Below, piece by piece: positions 1 through 8,063 of a stretch of DNA of 24,000 nucleotides (positions are counted from its first letter, which is position 1; each line of letters opens with the position of its first letter). The notes under the pieces were generated by a model that searched no databases, had not been told where the DNA came from, and saw nothing but the letters and a program-made list of their open reading frames with translations. The DNA comes from Thermococcus argininiproducens (GTDB lineage Archaea > Methanobacteriota_B > Thermococci > Thermococcales > Thermococcaceae), in the NCBI RefSeq assembly GCF_023746595.1, contig NZ_CP080572.1:1076530-1100529 (forward strand), written 5' to 3'. The translations under genes were made by a program, and so were the position numbers.

Positions 1-135
1 ATCAGACTTCCTGAAGAAGTTGTAGCAGAAAAGGCAAAGGCTAAATATAACAATGGCGTCCTTGAGATAAGAGTTCCTAAGAAATATCCAACCAAAAAAG
101 AAGAGAAGAGTGGTTTCGAAGTTAAGATAGAGTGA
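1..135 (+). CDS. hsp20: small heat-shock protein (Hsp20/alpha-crystallin family), C-terminal fragment; 5' end lies outside the window
   Basis: Frame 1 is open from base 1 to the TGA at 133-135. It reads IRLPEEVVAEKAKAKYNNGVLEIRVPKKYPTKKEEKSGFEVKIE. The NGVLEIRVPK strand and the C-terminal V-x-I tail are typical of archaeal sHSPs. A T6 run follows at 146-151. Confidence 0.8.
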   Translation: MRLPEEVVAEKAKAKYNNGVLEIRVPKKYPTKKEEKSGFEVKIE

Positions 136-145
136 TATTTCATTA

Positions 146-151
146 TTTTTT
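146..151 (+). terminator. oligo-T archaeal termination signal after the sHSP gene
   Basis: A T6 run lies 11 nt after the stop codon. Confidence 0.45.
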
Positions 152-220
152 AATTTGATTAAATAATTAAATAATGTTAGATTCACGGTCATTTAATAAC
201 TAAAGAGAGAGGTGATATAA

Positions 221-2653
221 ATGAGCGATAGGAATGAGATTAAACTCAAAGTAGCTTCCGCTTATCAGAGGGATGTTGGTAGAGGGATAGTTAGGATTGA
301 TAGAAGTGCAATGAGAAAGATTGGAGTTCAACCAGGTGACATCATTGAGGTTATAGGTACTAAAAATACAGCTGCAGTAGTCTGGCCAGCTTATCCAGAA
401 GATGAAGGGTTAGAAATTATCAGAATGGATGGTACGATAAGAAAGAATTCTGGGGTTGGTCTTGGGGATGAGGTAACCATAAGAAAAGCAGAAGTTAAAG
501 AGGCCCAAAAAGTAGTTTTGGCCCCAACAGAGCCAATCAGATTTGGTCGGGACTTTGTTGATTGGCTTCACTCTAGATTGGTTGGGAGACCAGTTGTTAG
601 AGGCGATTATATCAGAATTGGAGTCCTTGGTCAAGAGCTTACGTTTGTTGTTACAGCAACTACTCCTTCAGGTGTAGTGCAGATAACGGAGTTTACAGAG
701 TTTGTGATCTCTGAGAAGCCAGTTAAGGAGGTAGCAAAAACGCCAGCTCTTGGAGTTACTTATGAGGACATTGGTGGTCTTAAAGATGTGATACAAAAAA
801 TTAGAGAAATGATTGAGCTTCCCTTAAAGCATCCGGAAGTATTTGAAAAGCTTGGAATTGAACCGCCGAAGGGTGTTTTGTTGTATGGTCCTCCGGGTAC
901 TGGTAAGACTCTTTTGGCTAAGGCTGTTGCTAATGAGGCTAATGCTCACTTCATAGCCATCAACGGCCCAGAAATCATGAGCAAGTACTACGGAGAGAGT
1001 GAGGAAAGACTTAGAGATGTCTTTAAAGAAGCTGAAGAGAATGCTCCGAGCATAATTTTCATTGATGAGATTGATGCAATAGCTCCAAAAAGGGAGGAAG
1101 TCAGCGGAGAGGTTGAGAAAAGAGTTGTTGCTCAGTTACTTACTTTGATGGATGGGTTAAAGAGCAGAGGAAAGGTAATAGTTATAGGTGCCACTAACAG
1201 GCCTGACGCTGTTGATCCTGCTTTAAGAAGGCCTGGTAGGTTTGATAGGGAGATTGAGGTTGGTGTTCCTGACAAGCAGGGAAGAAAAGAAATCCTTCAA
1301 ATTCACACCAGAGGCATGCCTATTGAACCTGACTTCAGAAAGGAAGATGTTAAGAGGGCTTTGATAGAGCTTAAGAGTTACGAACGATTCAAGGGAGTTG
1401 TGGAAAGGACTCTTATGAAAATAGAGGAGACCCCAGATATAGAAGAAGATATTAAAGAACTTCTTAAAAACATTGATGAGAAGTTGTATGAAGAAGTAAG
1501 GCATCGTTTAATCGATTTCCTCTTGGAGGAGTTAGCTGAGAAGACTCATGGATTTGTAGGCGCTGATCTGGCAGCATTGGCAAGAGAAGCTGCAATGGCA
1601 GCTTTGAGAAGACTTATTGAAGAGGGCAAGATAGATTTTGAAGCAGAAAGCATTCCAAAGGAAGTCCTTGAAGAGCTCAAAGTTACAAGAAGAGACTTTT
1701 ATGAGGCATTAAAAATGGTTGAACCATCTGCTCTAAGAGAAGTGCTCCTCGAGGTACCAAATGTTAAATGGGAGGATATTGGTGGTCTTGAAGAGGTTAA
1801 ACAACAGTTAAGAGAAGCGGTAGAATGGCCACTGAAGTATCCAGAGGCATTTATAGCTATGGGTATTAACCCTCCAAAGGGCATTCTCCTCTATGGGCCT
1901 CCCGGAACTGGTAAAACACTTTTGGCTAAGGCGGTGGCGACTGAAAGTGAGGCTAACTTTATTGGAATTAGGGGTCCAGAGGTTTTGAGCAAGTGGGTTG
2001 GTGAAAGCGAAAAGAATATAAGAGAGATATTTAGAAAGGCCAGACAGGCAGCCCCTACAGTAGTTTTCATTGATGAAATTGATTCTATAGCACCAAGAAG
2101 AGGTACAGATGTTAACAGAGTTACAGATAGGCTCATTAATCAGTTGTTAACTGAGATGGATGGTATTGAAGAGAATAGTGGTGTTGTGGTTATAGCTGCA
2201 ACCAACAGACCAGACATACTTGATCCTGCATTACTAAGACCTGGAAGATTTGATAGACTGATTCTTGTTCCAGCTCCAGATGAAAAAGCAAGACTTGAGA
2301 TATTCAAGGTTCATACAAGAAATGTCCCCCTTGCAGAAGATGTTAGTTTAGAAGAGCTAGCAAAAAGAACTGAAGGATATACAGGGGCCGACATCGAGGC
2401 TGTGGTAAGAGAGGCAGCACTTAATGCTATGAGAGGAGCAATAGTAAAGGGAGAGATAAGCCCTAATACAAGGGCGAGTGACATCAGAAAACGTGTCAAA
2501 GTCACAATGAAGGATTTTGAAGAAGCCCTGAAAAAAGTAAGCCCAAGTATAAGCGAGGAGACTATAGAATACTACAAGAGAGTTGAAGAAATGTTCACTA
2601 AAAAGAAAGCTGAAGTGAAACAAATAGAGGGAAGGGATAGGGCAGTCTTTTGA
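221..2653 (+). CDS. cdc48: CDC48/VCP-type double AAA+ ATPase (N domain + D1 + D2)
   Basis: 810 aa. There are two Walker A motifs ([14 protein letters not shown] twice) and two Walker B motifs ([20 protein letters not shown]). SRH/arginine-finger regions ([20 protein letters not shown]) are present in both domains. The N-terminal VAT-N-like region reads [14 protein letters not shown]. The SD GGTGAT (211-216) precedes the ATG at 221. Confidence 0.95.
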   Translation: MSDRNEIKLKVASAYQRDVGRGIVRIDRSAMRKIGVQPGDIIEVIGTKNTAAVVWPAYPEDEGLEIIRMDGTIRKNSGVGLGDEVTIRKAEVKEAQKVVLAPTEPIRFGRDFVDWLHSRLVGRPVVRGDYIRIGVLGQELTFVVTATTPSGVVQITEFTEFVISEKPVKEVAKTPALGVTYEDIGGLKDVIQKIREMIELPLKHPEVFEKLGIEPPKGVLLYGPPGTGKTLLAKAVANEANAHFIAINGPEIMSKYYGESEERLRDVFKEAEENAPSIIFIDEIDAIAPKREEVSGEVEKRVVAQLLTLMDGLKSRGKVIVIGATNRPDAVDPALRRPGRFDREIEVGVPDKQGRKEILQIHTRGMPIEPDFRKEDVKRALIELKSYERFKGVVERTLMKIEETPDIEEDIKELLKNIDEKLYEEVRHRLIDFLLEELAEKTHGFVGADLAALAREAAMAALRRLIEEGKIDFEAESIPKEVLEELKVTRRDFYEALKMVEPSALREVLLEVPNVKWEDIGGLEEVKQQLREAVEWPLKYPEAFIAMGINPPKGILLYGPPGTGKTLLAKAVATESEANFIGIRGPEVLSKWVGESEKNIREIFRKARQAAPTVVFIDEIDSIAPRRGTDVNRVTDRLINQLLTEMDGIEENSGVVVIAATNRPDILDPALLRPGRFDRLILVPAPDEKARLEIFKVHTRNVPLAEDVSLEELAKRTEGYTGADIEAVVREAALNAMRGAIVKGEISPNTRASDIRKRVKVTMKDFEEALKKVSPSISEETIEYYKRVEEMFTKKKAEVKQIEGRDRAVF

Positions 2654-2663
2654 CCCTTTTACT

Positions 2664-3374
2664 CTATTTTGTAGGGGTTGGTCCTATTAAATAATCTTGA
2701 AGTTCTTGGGCATTGACTTTAATTTCTTTCCTATACTCACTGAAGTTTATGGATTTCTCAATCCTAAGAGTTAGTGTATTTTCTTCCAATCCTACGCTTA
2801 GAATTCTTGTGAAGATTTCCTCAAGTTTTAAGAGAGTTGTAGATTTGAGTGTTGAGTAGTTTAGAAATATAAACCCTTTACTTCTTTTGTCTCCTAGCAT
2901 ATTAGCAAATCCAGAAAGCATTAGAATATTAAGATCCCAAATATTTTCTTCATAGAGTTGAAGCAGAGCATCGACACCAACTATTATCTTTATGTAATTG
3001 TTGAATCGTTCTTCCACTCTATGGAGAGCTTCACGGTAGTGTCTTGTCCATATGGGGATATCCTGGGAGATGTCAACCCTTTCAATTAAACTCATGATGT
3101 TCCCAGTATGTTTTATGCCTCCAAGTTTTATCACTGGAATATCATTTACAATACTCGTGTCTATCCCCGCAGTCATTAGGTGTGTCTTGAAAAGATGGAG
3201 CTTATCAAGAACATCTACAATGATGAATGGTGTGTTGTCTTCCTGTAGCTGTCTTATTAATATATAAAACAAAAGATGGGTAGGATCGCTGGACGTATGC
3301 TTTATCACAACATACTCTCCCCACTTGATGTCTTTCATATAGTTCCATAACGAAAATTCAAACTCTTTTGTCAT
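2664..3374 (-). CDS. uncharacterised protein; degenerate RecA/KaiC-like fold lacking a P-loop (resembles the Thermococcales DUF257 family from memory)
   Basis: 236-aa ORF with ATG at 3374 preceded by SD GGTGAT. The strand EYVVIKHTS is followed by SSDPTH where GxxxxGK[ST] would be expected. A Walker-B-like strand PFIIVDVLD is retained. No other catalytic motif was recognised. Confidence 0.6.
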   Translation of the reverse strand: MTKEFEFSLWNYMKDIKWGEYVVIKHTSSDPTHLLFYILIRQLQEDNTPFIIVDVLDKLHLFKTHLMTAGIDTSIVNDIPVIKLGGIKHTGNIMSLIERVDISQDIPIWTRHYREALHRVEERFNNYIKIIVGVDALLQLYEENIWDLNILMLSGFANMLGDKRSKGFIFLNYSTLKSTTLLKLEEIFTRILSVGLEENTLTLRIEKSINFSEYRKEIKVNAQELQDYLIGPTPTK

Positions 3375-3402
3375 ATTTAATCACCTACGGAGTGTTTCCA
3401 CG

Positions 3403-3414
3403 TTTAAATATTTT
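3403..3414. promoter_or_regulatory. palindromic TATA-like element TTTAAATATTTT; probable promoter of the 2664-3374 gene (minus strand), possibly bidirectional
   Basis: On the minus strand it reads AAAATATTTAAA, about 34 nt upstream of the ATG at 3374, with the SD in between. The element reads as TATA-like on both strands. Confidence 0.45.
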
Positions 3415-3473
3415 AGGGAAGCGGTGAAACGAATAGTTTCAATAGGTTCCACAGAGTTCCTTACCGGGGATTG

Positions 3474-3500
3474 GGCATTCTTAGGTCCGAATGCCTTTTT
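3474..3500 (+). terminator. orphan hairpin plus T5 (GGCATTC-TTAGGTCC-GAATGCC-TTTTT), intrinsic-terminator-like on the + strand
   Basis: A perfect 7-bp stem with an 8-nt loop is followed directly by a T5 run. No + strand gene lies upstream, because both neighbours are on the minus strand. Confidence 0.4.
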
Positions 3501-3590
3501 GTTAATTACACTTATGTTCGAAAGTTAATAAAATTGTTGGTACATTGTTCGATATGAATACCACAAATCGACTTTCTAAATACCAAATAA

Positions 3591-3600
3591 TGAAAAAGAA
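3591..3600 (-). terminator. oligo-T termination signal after pfpI
   Basis: A5 at 3593-3597 on the + strand equals T5 on the coding strand, 6 nt after the TGA stop (3603-3605). Confidence 0.5.
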
Positions 3601-3602
3601 AC

Positions 3603-4103
3603 TCACTTCAAAAGTTTTACAAACTCTCTCATCCAAGCAGAGATATCTCCAGGGTGCCTGGAGCTCACCCAATTTCCATCGACAACAACTTCACTGTCGA
3701 TATATTCAGCTCCAGCGTTTATGAGGTCATCTTTTATTGCGACGACACATGTTCCTTTTCTTCCTTTAAGAACACCTGCGGATATCAGAACTTGGGGGCC
3801 GTGACATATACTTGCCACTGGTTTTCCAGCTTCAAACATCTTTTTAGCTATTTCCACAGCTTTGGGGTATATTCTTACAATTTCAGGTGCTCTTCCTCCA
3901 GGTAAAACTAGAGCATCAAATTCATCTGGATTCACTTCATCAAAGACTAAATCAACATTTACGGAATAATTGTGTTTTCCTACTATTGTACCCTTTTTGT
4001 TGCTTGCAATATAAACTTCATGCCCTTCTTCTTTCATCCTGTAGAGTGGATAAAGAAGTTCCAAATCTTCAAACGTATCTGCTGTTAAAAACAGTACTTT
4101 CAT
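3603..4103 (-). CDS. pfpI: PfpI/DJ-1 family intracellular protease (protease I)
   Basis: Starts MKVLFLTADTFEDLELLYPLYRMKEEGHEVYIAS and carries the nucleophile-elbow motif SICHGPQ. The 166-aa length matches Pyrococcus protease I. The track start at 4115 is a GTG inside the SD GGTGAT, so I trimmed to the ATG at 4103. Confidence 0.92.
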   Translation of the reverse strand: MKVLFLTADTFEDLELLYPLYRMKEEGHEVYIASNKKGTIVGKHNYSVNVDLVFDEVNPDEFDALVLPGGRAPEIVRIYPKAVEIAKKMFEAGKPVASICHGPQVLISAGVLKGRKGTCVVAIKDDLINAGAEYIDSEVVVDGNWVSSRHPGDISAWMREFVKLLK

Positions 4104-4250
4104 TGCAATCACCACTACACCAATAAAGACTAAAACTTAATAAGGATTTTTACTCAAACGTGTGTAGCAGTTAGGCAAGATTTAAAAAGCCCTTCTTCCA
4201 AAAACCTTCGCGTCCAAAAGTGGGCGAGACTTTAGAGAGAGGTGAGAGAG

Positions 4251-4667
4251 ATGGAGAAACGTTTACCTGGAAAGGTGAGAAGAGCTATACGGGCCAAATA
4301 TTATGATATTGAACCAAAAGCATGGGTTGGGAAAAAAGGTCTAGATGAAAGTGTAATCAACGAGATTAACGTTCAACTAAAAAAAGAGGGTATATTAAAG
4401 GTAGAAATAAAGAAAGGCGCACTCATTTCTACAGAAATGGATAGGAGAGGTATAGCTGAAAAGGTTGCGGAGCTTACAGATAGTGAGCTCATCGACGTTA
4501 GGGGCAAAAGGTTTATATTGTTTCGTCCCAGAGAGGGATGGGAAAAGTATTTAAAGAAGCTTAAGCTTAAGGAAGTCTCGAAGGAGAGACGGGAAGAAAA
4601 ACCCGTTAAGAAGATCAAACTCGATATCGCTCAATTTAGGAAGAAGTTCAAAAAAGGGAGGGAATGA
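4251..4667 (+). CDS. CRM/YhbY-domain RNA-binding protein with a lysine-rich C-terminal tail
   Basis: VGKKGLDESVINEINVQLKKEGILKVEI matches the YhbY/CRS1 GxxG-helix pattern. The track start at 4242 is a GTG inside the SD GAGGTGA (4239-4245), so I trimmed to the ATG at 4251. The stop overlaps the SD of the downstream rps19e, which suggests translational coupling. Confidence 0.75.
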   Translation: MEKRLPGKVRRAIRAKYYDIEPKAWVGKKGLDESVINEINVQLKKEGILKVEIKKGALISTEMDRRGIAEKVAELTDSELIDVRGKRFILFRPREGWEKYLKKLKLKEVSKERREEKPVKKIKLDIAQFRKKFKKGRE

Positions 4668-4670
4668 AGA

Positions 4671-5123
4671 ATGGCGACAGTTTATGATGTTCCTGGTGAT
4701 TTACTCGTCGAGAGGGTAGCTCAGAAGTTAAAAGAAATACCTGAAATCAAACCACCTGAATGGGCATTATTCGTTAAGACTGGTAGACACAAGGAGAGAA
4801 TACCAGAACAAGACGATTGGTGGTATTACAGAGTAGCCTCAGTTTTGAGAAAGGTTTATGTGGATGGACCAGTGGGCATTGAAAGATTAAGGACATGGTA
4901 TGGTGGAAGAAAGAACAGAGGCCATGCACCAGAACACTTTTACAAAGGAAGCGGAAGTATCGTTAGAAAGGCACTTCAACAGCTTGAGGCTGCTGGATTC
5001 ATCACAAAGATCCCTGGAGAGGGCAGAGTGGTTACACCAAAGGGAAGAAGTTTCCTTGATAAGGCTGCCACAGAGCTTAAGAAAGAACTTGAAGAAATAA
5101 TACCCGAGCTTAAGAAGTACTGA
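4671..5123 (+). CDS. rps19e: 30S ribosomal protein S19e (eS19)
   Basis: 150 aa. Starts [56 protein letters not shown], the canonical S19e sequence. The SD GGGAGGGA lies immediately upstream. Confidence 0.95.
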   Translation: MATVYDVPGDLLVERVAQKLKEIPEIKPPEWALFVKTGRHKERIPEQDDWWYYRVASVLRKVYVDGPVGIERLRTWYGGRKNRGHAPEHFYKGSGSIVRKALQQLEAAGFITKIPGEGRVVTPKGRSFLDKAATELKKELEEIIPELKKY

Positions 5124-5140
5124 TGTTTTCTCCCTTTTTG
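5124..5140 (+). terminator. T-rich termination region after rps19e
   Basis: TGTTTTCTCCCTTTTTG, with T4 and T5 runs directly after the stop codon. Confidence 0.45.
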
Positions 5141-5197
5141 AGTTTAATCAGCATTTTCCAATAACTTTTTAAAATAACTTTTGTTGAGGGTGATAGG

Positions 5198-5536
5198 ATG
5201 GGTGAAGATATAGAGGAGATTAGAAAGAAAAAGCTTTTAGAGCTTCAAAAAAGACTTGCCGAGCAAAGAAAGGCTGAGGAGGAGCAAATAAGGCAAGAAA
5301 TGGAGTTAGAGGCCCAACTACAGGCAATAATGAAGCAGATTTTAACTTCTGAAGCAAGGGAAAGATTAGGAAGAGTAAAGTTGGTTAGACCAGAACTTGC
5401 GAGACAGGTGGAGTTGATATTAGTCCAGCTTTACCAAGCTGGTCAGATAAATGAGAGAATCACAGATGAAAAACTTAAAAGGATCTTGGCTCAAATTGAT
5501 GCCAGAACAAGGAAAGAATTTAGAATTAAGTGGTGA
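5198..5536 (+). CDS. PDCD5/TFAR19-family double-stranded DNA-binding protein
   Basis: 112 aa. It has a charged N-terminal helix followed by QILTSEARERLGRVKLVRPELARQVELILVQL, typical of archaeal PDCD5 (MTH1615-type) homologues. The SD GAGGGTGAT is upstream. Confidence 0.85.
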   Translation: MGEDIEEIRKKKLLELQKRLAEQRKAEEEQIRQEMELEAQLQAIMKQILTSEARERLGRVKLVRPELARQVELILVQLYQAGQINERITDEKLKRILAQIDARTRKEFRIKW

Positions 5537-5543
5537 AACAAAA

Positions 5544-5813
5544 GTGAGAATTAAGGAGATTATCAAGGCGCTCAGTGATAAGGGAGAGGTTAGTTTGGAC
5601 ATTTGGAAACCTATTTCCGCTAGAAAAAGTAGTGATGGAACACTTGACATTCTTTACCGAAATCGTGTTGTAGGGAGTGAGAAAGATCCTGTATTCCTCT
5701 GGGCGTATGTGAATATTGTTGAAGATGATGTTAGGGTATTGGAAAAGATTACGTTTAAAAAAGAACATGTAAAATGGATAACAAATTCAATAACTAGATT
5801 TGAAAAAGCTTAA
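5544..5813 (+). CDS. small conserved-looking hypothetical protein (89 aa)
   Basis: The track ORF 5451-5813 overlaps the PDCD5-like gene by 86 nt. An in-frame GTG at 5544 has GGTGA 7 nt upstream and removes that overlap. I recognised no family motif. The composition looks coding, with mixed charged and hydrophobic residues. Confidence 0.55.
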   Translation: MRIKEIIKALSDKGEVSLDIWKPISARKSSDGTLDILYRNRVVGSEKDPVFLWAYVNIVEDDVRVLEKITFKKEHVKWITNSITRFEKA

Positions 5814-5823
5814 GGTTTATATA
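5802..5823 (+). promoter_or_regulatory. BRE/TATA promoter of tfb (GAAAAAGCTTAAGG-TTTATATA)
   Basis: A consensus archaeal TATA box TTTATATA lies at 5816-5823 with a purine-rich BRE-like sequence upstream. It sits about 39-46 nt upstream of the GTG start at 5862. Confidence 0.65.
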
Positions 5824-5861
5824 TGAGGATTGACAAGCTTACTGACCGTGGGGGTGTAATT

Positions 5862-6761
5862 GTGACTAAGCATAGGATTTGCCCTGTTTGTGGCTCTGAT
5901 AAATTTGTTTATGACCCTGAGAGGGGAGAGGTAATCTGTGCAAGTTGTGGATTTGTAATTCAAGAAAACATGATTGATATGGGTCCTGAATGGAGGGCCT
6001 TTGACGCTTCTCAAAGAGAGAAACGCTCTAGAACTGGGGCACCTGAGAGCATCTTGCTTCACGACAAGGGTCTTTCAACGGATATAGGGTATGACAGAAA
6101 TGTTAAAGGGTTAATGAGAGAGAAGATTTATCGTCTTAGAAAGTGGCAGAGCAGGCTTAGAGTAAGCGATGCTGCGGAGAGAAACCTAGCTTTTGCATTA
6201 AGCGAGCTTGATAGGCTTGGTGCAAGACTAAACTTGCCTAAACACGTGGAAGAAGAATCAGCTCGTCTATACAGGGAGGCTGTAAGAAAGGGACTTATAA
6301 GAGGCCGTTCAATTGAAAGTGTAATCGCCGCGTGTGTTTATGCTGCATGCAGACTACTCAAAATCCCGAGAACTTTGGACGAAATAGCAGATATGGCTAA
6401 GGTAGATAAAAAAGAGATTGGGAGAAGCTTTAGGTTTATTGCTAGAAACCTTAACCTTACACCAAAGAAACTCTTCGTTAAACCGACCGATTATGTAAAC
6501 AAGTTTGCAGATGAGCTTGGTTTGAGTGAGAGGACTAGAAGGAGAGCGATTGACCTTTTGGAACAAGCCTATAATATGGGTCTTACTAGTGGAAAAAGTC
6601 CTGCGGGTTTGGTTGCAGCTGCTTTATACATTGCTGGCCTTCTAGAGGGAGAAAAGAGAACCCAGAGAGAAGTTGCAGAGGCAGCAAGAGTAACAGAGGT
6701 AACGGTAAGAAACCGTTACAAAGAAATGGTTGAAAAGCTTGGATTAAAGCTTCCCATTTAA
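5862..6761 (+). CDS. tfb: transcription initiation factor B (TFIIB homologue)
   Basis: It has an N-terminal zinc ribbon (CPVCGSDKFVYDPERGEVICASCG), a B-finger/linker (MGPEWRAFDASQREKRSRTGAP) and two cyclin repeats. It is near-identical in pattern to Pyrococcus TFB1. The track start at 5823 lies inside the TATA box. I trimmed to the GTG at 5862, which is preceded by GGGGGTG, giving 299 aa like known TFBs. Confidence 0.93.
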   Translation: MTKHRICPVCGSDKFVYDPERGEVICASCGFVIQENMIDMGPEWRAFDASQREKRSRTGAPESILLHDKGLSTDIGYDRNVKGLMREKIYRLRKWQSRLRVSDAAERNLAFALSELDRLGARLNLPKHVEEESARLYREAVRKGLIRGRSIESVIAACVYAACRLLKIPRTLDEIADMAKVDKKEIGRSFRFIARNLNLTPKKLFVKPTDYVNKFADELGLSERTRRRAIDLLEQAYNMGLTSGKSPAGLVAAALYIAGLLEGEKRTQREVAEAARVTEVTVRNRYKEMVEKLGLKLPI

Positions 6762-6782
6762 TTTTTATTTTAAAAATAAAAA
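6762..6782. terminator. palindromic bidirectional oligo-T terminator between convergent tfb and fen
   Basis: TTTTTATTTTAAAAATAAAAA gives T5/T4 runs on both strands and fills almost the whole 23-nt gap between the two stop codons. Confidence 0.6.
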
Positions 6783-6784
6783 GG

Positions 6785-7807
6785 TCATTTTTTAAACCAA
6801 GCATCTAATGTAAATTGTTTTCCAGCTTTTATTGCTTTTTTGAGTCTCTCAAGTCCGTTTTTCACACGTTCTTCGCTAAAGTCATGCTCATCACAGAGGA
6901 ATCTCAGTACTCCTTCTTCATCGGGCATTTTCCATTCTAGTTTATATTCATTTGTCACTGGTGGATTCAGGAAAAATTCCTTTATTGCATACAGGTCTAC
7001 ATCACTTGTCTTTTGATATTTTAATAGGGGATCTTTGGAGTGTCTTACTATTTCAAGGGCTTTTTTTGGCCCTAATCCTTTTATCCCTCCTGGATTGTAG
7101 TCAGTACCAACGAGTATTGCTAGCTCAATAAGTTTCTCTCTTGTTAGTTTCAGCCCGTTCAGCACATCTTCAAGAAGTATTAATTCAGGCTTAACCTCAA
7201 TATAGACATCTTTTCCAGGTAGTTTTCGTCTTCCTGTTATGGTGAGGTTCCTTACGAGTTTTGGTGTTCCAAAGAGCAAGGAGTCATAATCTTGACTTGC
7301 CGAGGCCCAAACATCTCCTTTAGATGCCATATAGGCGGCTTGGGCTTCTCCTTCACTGGGGGCTTGAACCCAAGGGATCCCCATCAGTTCCAAAAGTTTT
7401 TTGGCGTCTTCAATTAGAAGTTCATTTACTTTTGAAGCTCGTTGGGCGTATTTCTTGGCCTCTTCTAAGTCACCCCTGGCAAGGGCCAATTCCCATTTTT
7501 CTCGTGCTTCCTCTCTTGCTTCGGCTCTCTTCTCAAGTTCTTTCTTCTTAAACTCTGGAGGTTTCCCATCAAAGACATAGACAGGTTTTATTCCTGCTTC
7601 CGTAAGATTTATCGTTCTATAGAAAAGGCCTGAGAGATGGGAGGTTATCCTTCCTTTGGAATCCATTAGAGGGGTACCATCTCTTTGTCTGATGGTGGAT
7701 AGGAACTGGTATATAGCATTGAACGCATCTATGGCTACTTTTCTACCATTTAGGTTTTCTAATTCCAGCTCTTTTTTTGAAACTAACTCACCAATCGGAA
7801 CTCCCAT
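6785..7807 (-). CDS. fen: flap endonuclease 1 (FEN-1)
   Basis: 340 aa. Starts [47 protein letters not shown], followed by the XPG-N/XPG-I acidic residues. The C-terminal PIP box is QFTLDAWF. The SD AGGTGAGGA is upstream. Confidence 0.95.
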   Translation of the reverse strand: MGVPIGELVSKKELELENLNGRKVAIDAFNAIYQFLSTIRQRDGTPLMDSKGRITSHLSGLFYRTINLTEAGIKPVYVFDGKPPEFKKKELEKRAEAREEAREKWELALARGDLEEAKKYAQRASKVNELLIEDAKKLLELMGIPWVQAPSEGEAQAAYMASKGDVWASASQDYDSLLFGTPKLVRNLTITGRRKLPGKDVYIEVKPELILLEDVLNGLKLTREKLIELAILVGTDYNPGGIKGLGPKKALEIVRHSKDPLLKYQKTSDVDLYAIKEFFLNPPVTNEYKLEWKMPDEEGVLRFLCDEHDFSEERVKNGLERLKKAIKAGKQFTLDAWFKK

Positions 7808-8063
7808 TATTCCTCACCTTTTTGGATAGTAAATAATCATAAGGTAATTCCTCAATTGCAAAAAGTTCCCTCTCTTAGTATCTTGTCTTTACTTCTGACA
7901 CTAGCTTATCAAGTATGCTTCATATTTTTGGAGTGGGAGGAGTATCACTATTCTTATTTTTGTCCTCCAGCTTTAAAGCTATTATCCCTCGAAATTTAGT
8001 AGTTCAATAATCCTCATGAAACAATTTTATAGAATCTGCTTAACTTTTCTTTATCCAATCCAC

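Noticed and set aside
192-221. Phr-like half-sites (TTTAATAAC and GTGATATAAA) in the cdc48 leader
   Set aside because: The spacing between the halves is 11 nt rather than the 5 nt of the consensus, and the left half has a 1-nt deletion. AT-rich half-sites are easy to find by chance, and GTGATATAAA is simply the SD plus the spacer before the ATG.
3394-3430. GTTTCCAC...GGTGAAAC segment whose ends resemble Thermococcales CRISPR repeat termini (CTTTCCAC..GGAAAC type), plus a nearby GTTTCAATAGGTTCCAC
   Set aside because: It is a single copy about 37 nt long, with no regularly spaced repeats or spacers and no cas genes. The similarity is limited to a few terminal bases, so this is not a CRISPR array.
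3515-3552. TGTTCGA repeated 31 nt apart (and ATTGTT twice) in the pfpI-distal spacer
   Set aside because: A 7-mer recurring once within about 230 nt of AT-rich DNA is roughly what chance predicts. There is no palindromic structure or positional link to a promoter.
5121-5160. CTGATG and other partial C/D-box-like strings in intergenic regions (also CTGA pairs at 23390 and 23417)
   Set aside because: No spacer contains a proper RUGAUGA C box paired with a CUGA D box at sRNA spacing on the same strand. The isolated tetramers are uninformative.
5451-5543. Upstream part of the 120-aa ORF that overlaps the PDCD5-like gene by 86 nt
   Set aside because: The overlap disappears with the in-frame GTG at 5544, which has a proper SD. 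The overlapping part shows no independent coding evidence.
6762-6782. Perfect AT palindrome between tfb and fen considered as a possible protein-binding site or mobile-element end
   Set aside because: It is fully explained as a bidirectional oligo-T terminator filling the 23-nt gap between two convergent stop codons. There are no flanking repeats.
7943-7948. TATCAC, one half of the Thermococcales glycolytic motif (TATCAC-N5-GTGATA), upstream of acdA
   Set aside because: No GTGATA partner lies at N5 on either side. A lone hexamer is not evidence for a Tgr/TrmBL1 site.
7915-8010. 31-aa hydrophobic micro-ORF MLHIFGVGGVSLFLFLSSSFKAIIPRNLVVQ on the + strand of the fen/acdA spacer
   Set aside because: It has no SD and no TATA box at leaderless distance, and its composition is driven by T-rich DNA. 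I keep it only as a note under the long-spacer finding.
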